Part shown: positions 54,852 through 64,000 of the stretch, piece by piece
Layout of the letters: every line of letters starts with the position of its first letter
How positions within the stretch are numbered: position 1 is the first letter of the stretch
Assembly: GCA_951406725.2 (NCBI GenBank)
Contig: OX597817.1
Span: forward strand, 79,670,001-79,734,000
DNA: 64,000 bases
Direction: 5' to 3'
Source of the DNA: Octopus vulgaris
Lineage: Eukaryota
Position numbers and translations under genes: made by a program
Notes under the pieces: model-generated
What the model was told of the DNA's origin: nothing
Seen by the model: the letters and a program-made list of their open reading frames with translations, nothing else
Databases searched by the model: none

Positions 54852-57748
54852 CTAGTCGCATATGGCAGAATCAGTAGAGCTGTGAGCAAATATCCCTGCA
54901 TCCCTGTACATTCTGAGACCAAATCTTACAAGTGAAAACTTTTCAGGCCTTAATAAAAAATATGTACCATTATATTACGAGCAGTAATATAATCTTCTGT
55001 TCCCTTCTCCCCAAATTACTGTATTTTGCCTTTTGCCCATCTTAAAACTCATTACACTTTATTCGAGTCCCTCATAAAGAGAACTGTGATAATACAGAGG
55101 AAAGCACTCTATCTAAATGTGAGTGGTGTAACTGAATGAACCTACAGTCAACTCTGTGGTTGTTGGCTGGCAGGAAGAACTAGAAGAAACTATATGCCTT
55201 TGATATGTTTCAGGATATGTCACGAAACACCCAATAAAGTTGTGCTTTCCATACTGAAGACTTGAAGATATTTTGTATCATTGATGATCCTTTGTTGAAC
55301 CTGTCTCTTTCCTCGTTGTAAATCCCTCAAATTTTAAACATGTTGAGTTGGTAAGTTACATACTGAGCAACAGTACATGCATCACAAGAATATAAACATT
55401 ATATCTCAAGATGTTCCAAAATATTCATTCTTGGCTTATTGATATTTTGAGATATGAGTTCAAACACATAGTAGGTGCGGAGTCAACGTGCAGTAACTTG
55501 TAGACACCTATGGTCTGCATGGATCTCTGGGTCCAGATGAATCTTCATGGCTCCAAAACCATATCGATAACTGTACCCCTTTCGATCAGGTTGGCAGTGC
55601 AGGGGAGGAAGTAAAGTTGTCAAATTGAAGGAGCGAAATGTACTAGAATTCCTTCAACTCTGAGAATTTAAAAAGACTAAAGAAAAAATAGCATCAAAAG
55701 CCTCAGGAACTGGAGGCTGTCATTTCAGCTACACCAACTGAAGCTTCAGTTTTACGAGATGGGAGAAAATCACCACACCTTCGTCCAAGGAGCTGTCAAG
55801 GTAGTCATGGGACCAAGCCATTTCTCTGGCCAAAATAAGAGATAATGAAGATAGAAGCCCAAATAACAGCCACATCTATTACTGTGTTTGTACTGATCTC
55901 ACGATACAGGAAACATCGAGTGACCAAAGACTAAAGGCAATATATAACAATCCAGAAGGTTGCCAAATGTGAAGAAAATACTTGGATTCATATCTATCTA
56001 CCATCAGAATCGGATAGGAACGTCATTACAATTCTAGTTGGTAGAAATGGTTACTCCAGATTTTCTTAGCACAGATGATTATTTTTGTTCCAAAGAAGAC
56101 GGAGATGGTCATTGAATATAAAAATATCAAATATTAAATTTGTGAAAAAAAAAAGATTTCTACCGACCAGAGAAGATGCTTCTAAGGATATTCTGAATGC
56201 TACAATCATAACAGCAGTCAAAAAAGAGAAAATGCTCTTAATCTAAGCAGTCTTCTGTTACAGGCATACAAACAAAACTTTGTGGAGAAATCTTAGCACT
56301 AGACCAAAGCAAAGAGAATTGCCTGAAAGTACAGAAATACACTCAGCATTGTCTGCTCACTTGAATAAGATACTGAATGATAACCAAAAGGAGTTGGAAA
56401 GAAGAGAGAATACAATTGTTGATAAAATGGAAGATGCGGGTCTGAGGAAACCAGAAAACTCACACCCATAATCTAAAGGTTTATCACCGACACGACAAAG
56501 AAAATATTCTGGCCAAACATACAAGTTATCAACAGGTATAAGAAACAAATGCACAACACAGTAGCTACAAAAAATAGCAACAGCCGCAGAAAAGCAGCGG
56601 CAGTTATAGTAAAACATGTTAGACAAAATGGAAGTGACATGGTAACAACAAAAGCAATTATGAAAAAACAGAAGCAGAAATATATTGGCAGTAGCAATAT
56701 CACCAAAATCAGGTCCTTAACTTCAACCTTCTCGTTACAGAAAAGTTAATGAGATTAAGGACAAAATCTTCAGTAAGCAAGGGGTTTAATGAAAATAAAA
56801 CACGTTTCATGTGAGAACATCAAGCAAGTGTAGATCGATGAAAAACTTGTTTCCGCATGATTTATGAGGTGTAAAACTATCATGGACGAGAAGATACTGG
56901 AGAGCCCGGTCAAAGATCAGGAAGAAAGATTTCCTTTAGATCAGAGTACTAGCATTCGTTTACATTTTTAGTTACTTTTCATCTCCATAACATGGCTATA
57001 TAAAAAAAAGCTTTACAAACACCTGAGACTTAGTATCACTGTAAAAGAAGAGAAATCTGTTCAGTGAATTGAAAACATAACATCTAAATGTAGTAGTCTT
57101 TAACTGGATCAGAATTTCTGAGGTGAAATCGAAAGCCGCCTCCAGAACGATTACTAGTTTTATGCCCATTTATGTTATTCTGGACCCGACAACATGACAG
57201 TGTATTTCAGAATAAGCTAGATTTAGAAGTAAACAAGATCTTCCTAGATATGGTTCGAAAACAAGAGTCCATGCTATCTACTGGCCGTGTATGTCCTGAC
57301 AGATACAGGAAAGCAACATTTCTTGGAACATATGGAAACATTCATAGGAACTTGATGTTAGTGAGTGGCTGGAATGGTGTGTTTGATGCACGCAGAGATT
57401 TACGAGGATTTAGTCAGTTGGAGAAATTAGTCAAAAAAATATTGAAAACCTCATCTGGAAATTTTGCCAAATACTTATTGCCTAGATTTTCTTATTGCAC
57501 TAATGGTGAAGAGTAGAAAGTAAATCTGGTCATCCAGGTTATAATAAGATGGGTCATAATTAAGCAATAAACAGAGTGTAAGCTGACCACTAATTCATTC
57601 TGTAATCTTAATTAGAATTATTTTTAGATTAATATCGTTAAGTGATGAAAAGAAGAACAGTGAAAATGAAATCCATCCTGTGATACACGGTTAATGTTTT
57701 CGATGAAGTTATATTCATGTGTATGTATACACGTTCATTCAAACGCCT

Positions 57749-57814
<66 letters not shown>

Positions 57815-57823
57815 ACATATATA

Positions 57824-57863
<40 letters not shown>

Positions 57864-59147
57864 CATACATACATTTATACTTATATCTACAAACCTCCGT
57901 ACATGCAGACGCACATATGTGTACATATCTATATAGAAATATGAATATAAATGTGTGTGCATGTGTGCATTTGCATATACATTCATACATAAATACATAT
58001 ATACGTATATATACATGTATGTATATATTTGTGTATATACAAATATATATTATATGTGTGTGTGCTAGTGCATATATGAGTGTGAGCGCGAGTGTGAGTG
58101 TGTATATTTGCATGTATGAATTAATAGATATATATGTATATATGTATACATATCTACACACATACATACATGCATGCATACACGCACAAATACACACGCA
58201 CACACATTAAAAAATTACAATCAATATATTGATAAAAAGAGAGATTTGTATTTTTGATATCACTTGTTCAGTAAAAACATCAAGAAGTAAAAAAAAAACA
58301 GGTAGCTGATAATATGGTACATATTTAAGCATACATCTTCTGATAAGTTCTCTACATAGCATGTAAATTGTTAATTGTCTGATAAGCTTTCACCACGAAA
58401 ATATTTTTCATTTCGTTTGTTTCCATTGTATTTCATTCATGCTTTATTTTTCTAAACTTGTTTTGCTAAATCTTATGATTAAATCACAATCAATTTCGAG
58501 AAGTATTTTCATTATCAAAAAATTTGTTTATCATATATTTTGAATAGATATTATAGCTTTGCTTTATTAATACATACGTATACATGTGTGTGTGTGTGTG
58601 TGTGTGTGTAAATGAATGTATAAATACGTATATATGAAAATTTAGGTATGTACATAGACTCAACATTATTTTATTTATAGTATTACTTAAGCATTTATCA
58701 ATGCTATTTAGTGCTTGACTAACCTGTCCCCAAGGCACTGCTTCAGCAGTGGAGCATATTCAAATATAAGATAAGTCGCAGACTGAGGCAAGTTATATAT
58801 ATATATATATACATTGCATATAGATATGTGTACATGTCCATATATCTTTTGTATGGATAAGTTTATATATGCTAGTATATATATACATATATATAAGTGT
58901 GTATCTGTGTAGGGTGGGGAGAGTTATATGCATTTATATATTTATACATTCGTGGTATATGTATGTACGTACAAACGTTTCTGTTTACAAACAGTGGGTA
59001 AAGATGATCAATACAGAATCAGAGCGTAAATATTTGTTCTAATGCTGAAATAATTTTCTGCTATTACTCAGAGTTTCAAAAATGTTGCTGATCATGTCAG
59101 TTGACGATATTTTAATTGGAACTTTCGGAAATTTGAGCACAACTATG

Positions 59148-59227
<80 letters not shown>

Positions 59228-59769
59228 GTTTGTGTGCGTGCATGCGTGCATGTGCCTACATGTACAATGATATTTATCACATTCGTGTACACTCGAACGT
59301 GGGAAGACCTTTCGCTGCGGAAATGATCCCTGAAGAAATTCCTCTTCTTTGGTTCCTTATTTGGAAAAGATACTGGTCTATGAACGATATCACTGGATCA
59401 TTATCAGCCATAGATACCAAATTCGCCCTTCATAGTTCTTTCTATAGAATAATTACCCTCTCTTTTTTTATATATATAGCAATTAATTTGCTGGATTTTG
59501 GGATCATTCAACTTTTTCTCTCTCCCTGTTACAGCAAATGATACGAGATGTGAGATTAATGCATTTCAAAATGTAACCACATATGAATCGTTGGCGATGT
59601 TTCTCCTCCGTATTCCTTTCCTATTGGACTTTCTTCTGTTTCTGAAGAACTTTGCTCAAAATGTAAAACCACCTTTCTTTCCTTCCCTGAGCATATGCTA
59701 ATACTTTACATGTACCACGTCCTCGCGTTGTTGTTTTTTGTCTTTGTTCTTTGTTTTTTTAGGGGGATT

Positions 59770-59826
<57 letters not shown>

Positions 59827-59878
59827 GTGTGTGTGTGTACACACTCATATATATCATATTTGTATTCATACATCTAAA

Positions 59879-59924
<46 letters not shown>

Positions 59925-60115
59925 CTTTTACTTGTTTCAGTCATTGTACTGTGGCCATGCTGGGGCACTACATTCAGGAATTTAGTTGAATGAATTGATC
60001 CCACTATATTGTTTTACGCCAGGTACTCATTCAATCGCCTTCATTTTACTGAGCTGCTATATTATAGGTACCTAACATACCGACACAGGTTGTTAAGTGG
60101 TGTGGGAGGACAAAT
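59925..60115 (-). mobile_element. SINE family B 3' half, degenerate
   Basis: TACTTGTTTCAGTCATTGTACTGTGGCCATGCTGGGGCAC. Confidence 0.7.
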
Positions 60116-60251
60116 ACAGATACAAGCACACATACATACTCAGATGTGTGTATATGTATGTATGTGTGTGTGTGTGTGTGTGTGTAAAATGTGTTATAAT
60201 TATAAACAGACCAAATTTTAGCCACTTCTCCACAGACTAAAAAAATGAACA

Positions 60252-60294
60252 ACCTTAATCGATTTTCGAACCTTATTGGGTTCTCATCAGATGC
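60252..60294 (-). ncRNA. Compact type I hammerhead motif, intact core, weak helix I
   Basis: GCAT-CTGATGA-GAACC caataa GGTTC-GAA-AATCGATT-A-AGGT. Confidence 0.6.
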
Positions 60295-60615
60295 GTCTAC
60301 ATTATTCTGACAGTCTCCAGAGAAACAAGCAGCCAAATTGTTTATATACTCAACAAATGCTGGAATCTCTAATTCACATACCAAAAGAGTTTAACACTAT
60401 AAATACCAGCCTTCTGTTAACGGGAATCTTAGTCCACACAGTATCAAGGTATGATATAATATATATGTAACATATGATATACAGTGTTTGACTAACCTGT
60501 CCCCAAGGCACTGTTTCAGCAGTGGAGCATATTCAAATATATGATATGGAGAAGGCAGGATCTTTGGTGATATGCAGCACTGTCCAGTCTGGTGGTCAGT
60601 ATAACTTTCAGTTAG

Positions 60616-60675
<60 letters not shown>

Positions 60676-60744
60676 GTTTTTCAGAAATGAGATTTAAAAA
60701 AACCAATGCTGCGAAGATTTTAGAGCATCTTAGAACACACACGC

Positions 60745-60910
60745 ACGTCGGGTTTCTTTCAGTGTCTGTCTACCAAATCCACCTAAAAGATTTTCATCGG
60801 CCCAAGGATATAGTAGAATACACTCGCCCACGATGCCATGCAGAGGGACTCAGCTCAGAACAGTGTGCTTAGGAAGCAAACGCCTTACCAGACAGCCACG
60901 CCTTTGCCTA
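60745..60910 (-). mobile_element. SINE family B 5' half, degenerate
   Basis: TTCTTTCAGTGTCTGTCTACCAAATCCAC...CAGCCACGCCT. Confidence 0.7.
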
Positions 60911-61036
60911 TGTGTGTATTCATGTATGCACGTATGTGTGCATATATATATACATAAATATATATATATATGTATATATTGCACATATATATATGCACAC
61001 ACACACACAAACACACACACATACATACATACATAC

Positions 61037-61083
<47 letters not shown>

Positions 61084-61096
61084 ATATATATATATA

Positions 61097-61161
<65 letters not shown>

Positions 61162-61649
61162 TCTCTATCTTAATATGTAGAGGTATATATCTAAATATAT
61201 ACATGCACACCTATATTGGCTTCAGGATATTCATGCAGACACAGGGACATCTCGTACATCAAACACTCAAAGGTATCACAAGTAAAATAAAAAGATATAA
61301 ATCTATATCATATTTCAAAAAAAAATTCTAGCTGTCTCTTGCCATTATCTAACTATATACTGTACCCACTGTCTGGCTATCACTTTAATTCAACCTCTAG
61401 CTACACGGACACCATCGTCAGCTGTGATCTATAATATACTAACACTATTCATAATACCTAAATGATGAGATAAACAGAAGATGGTGAGGTAGGAGTGAGT
61501 GTCATGAGTAAGAACACTGCTCCTTCGACTGTATCAATATTATGTGTCCCTTCACCTCTCATTACACCTCAATATCAGTCAGAAATATTAGGCACTTAGA
61601 TAAATCTATGATATACATGCTTATATATATATAAGCACGTAAACTTACA

Positions 61650-61745
<96 letters not shown>

Positions 61746-62175
61746 TGTATGTATGTATATACGTAAGTACATAATACCTACATACATACATATAAATAGT
61801 TATGCCTGTTGATTTATGAAGCTATGTTATTCCTGAAGTTAATGTGACAAAGTTTTGTCTATGTCCATATAAAAACATGTACATATATATATATATATAA
61901 ATATATAAACATGTATATATATATAAACATATATACATATATACATATATATTTATATATGTATGTGTATACATACATATATATATATGTACATATATAT
62001 TTATATATGTATGTCATATATATTTATATATGTATGTATATATACACATACCCAAGAGATTAAATGCAATGATACATGCAATCATACATTATGTGTGTGT
62101 ATGCATACATACATATATATATATATATATACATACATACACACACACATATATATATATACATACGCACACACT

Positions 62176-62213
<38 letters not shown>

Positions 62214-62474
62214 CATACGCACACACTTATATATATATATATATATATACTTATATATGCATATGAACACACGTATAAACTTACATGTTATGAATTATAC
62301 ATATATGTATATTTATATATATACTTATGTATAATAAGCGTGTGTATGTGCATCAGGGAGTGCACATAGGTATACACTGGTCTTTTAATTTACTTAATGA
62401 TGCTGTGACATCTAAACTTTGGACCATCTATATTCAGAACAGATGAAGCTTTTCTCTCTCAGATGCACACAAAT

Positions 62475-62529
<55 letters not shown>

Positions 62530-62640
62530 AATAAAGACAGAGAGAATGCTACATTAAATATAGACATATTAGCATACATAAACATATGCCTATGTATATA
62601 TATGTGTGTGTGTGTCTATATATATACATATGTATATATA

Positions 62641-62996
<356 letters not shown>

Positions 62997-63023
62997 AAAA
63001 TAAGCAACAAGAATGACTCTGGT

Positions 63024-63114
63024 AATTTGGTACAATTGTTTCGCACTACATCATTTTATTAAAAGTTGTAAGTATTACAGCAGATTTAAGATGCTGAGTG
63101 CTCATCAGCCAATT
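63024..63114 (-). ncRNA. Type I hammerhead ribozyme motif, fully canonical
   Basis: TTGG-CTGATGA-GCACT...AGTGC-GAAAC AATT GTA-CCAA; lies in inverted repeat 62995-63064/63120-63190 between (TA)n tracts. Confidence 0.82.
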
Positions 63115-63290
63115 ATATATTTTAATAAAATGATGTAGTGCGAAACAATTGTACCAAATTACCGGAGTCATTCTTGTTGCTTGTTTTTTATTATAATCAC
63201 CCCGTAAATTTTTATGGATAACACCATACAAAATTCTGGTGCATCTAAATTAAGTACCATATTCATTTGAATCCAAATTCTTGCTGAACT

Positions 63291-63349
<59 letters not shown>

Positions 63350-63369
63350 TTGTATATATACACATCTTT

Positions 63370-63695
63370 TCTTCTGTCTTTCACTTTTACTGGTTTCAGC
63401 AAGAATTTGAAGCCATGCTAGAACCCTGCATATCATTGTGATTAGGTTTCCTTTCTGTACTGTTTCTGGCGAAGTAACAAGTTGGACAGAAGTGCTCTTC
63501 TTTCTGCCTGGTGCCAAGATTTAGGTTCATCTTGTATCTCAAATATAAAATTTTCCAGACCCTCTTTGAAGCTCTCCACAACTAGACCTTGCAAATATTT
63601 GAGGCCATTTGGCAGAATGTTGAATAGTTGTAGACTCTTGGTACCCAATATGTTGCAGTACTGTCCAGTCTGGTGGTCAGCATAATTTTCAGTTC
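63370..63695 (-). mobile_element. CR1/L2-like LINE 3' end, degenerate
   Basis: QLFNILPNGLKYLQGLVVESFKEGLENFIFEIQDEP; tail GGTTCTAGCATGGCT...GCTGAAACCAGTAAAAG. Confidence 0.6.
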
Positions 63696-63714
63696 CACAT
63701 ATGTGTATGTGTGT

Positions 63715-63806
<92 letters not shown>

Positions 63807-64000
63807 TATCTTTGACTCTGTCTATTTGTCTTTCTTTCCCTTTGAATCTCTTTCTTGCTCTCGCTCTCTCGCTGTTTCTTTCTATATTTCTGTATATATA
63901 TATATATATATATGTGCGTGGAGGGTGTATGTATGTGTGAGGGTGTGTGGGTGTGGGTGTGAGTATTGTGATACCCTTGCCGGTGGCACATAAAAAGCAC

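Overview
AT-rich, microsatellite-saturated eukaryotic DNA with no host protein-coding exon that I can recognise; almost all ORFs in the track are translations of (TA)n, (CA)n, (TAA)n or (GAA)n tracts. The repeat families suggest an octopod cephalopod (Octopus-like) genome, which is an inference from recall. The window is a mosaic of mobile DNA: (i) many tRNA-derived SINEs from at least 4 families; (ii) R4/Dong-type (restriction-like endonuclease) LINE 3' fragments that sit in or end in (TAA)n, plus a ~560-bp non-coding element with the same target; (iii) RTE and CR1-like LINE ends and two Tc1/mariner-derived MITEs; (iv) a Penelope-like GIY-YIG fragment. The most striking signal is about 20 minimal type I hammerhead-ribozyme motifs from many unrelated sequence families. 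About 10 have an intact CUGANGA/GAAA/NUH core, nearly all have a palindromic helix/loop III, and many lie in long inverted repeats next to (TA)n. A second notable system is an ORF1-only (CCHC knuckle) retroelement that shares its 3' tail with a SINE, where both join the same nucleotide position inside a SINE body. All structures were folded by eye and none has been tested.
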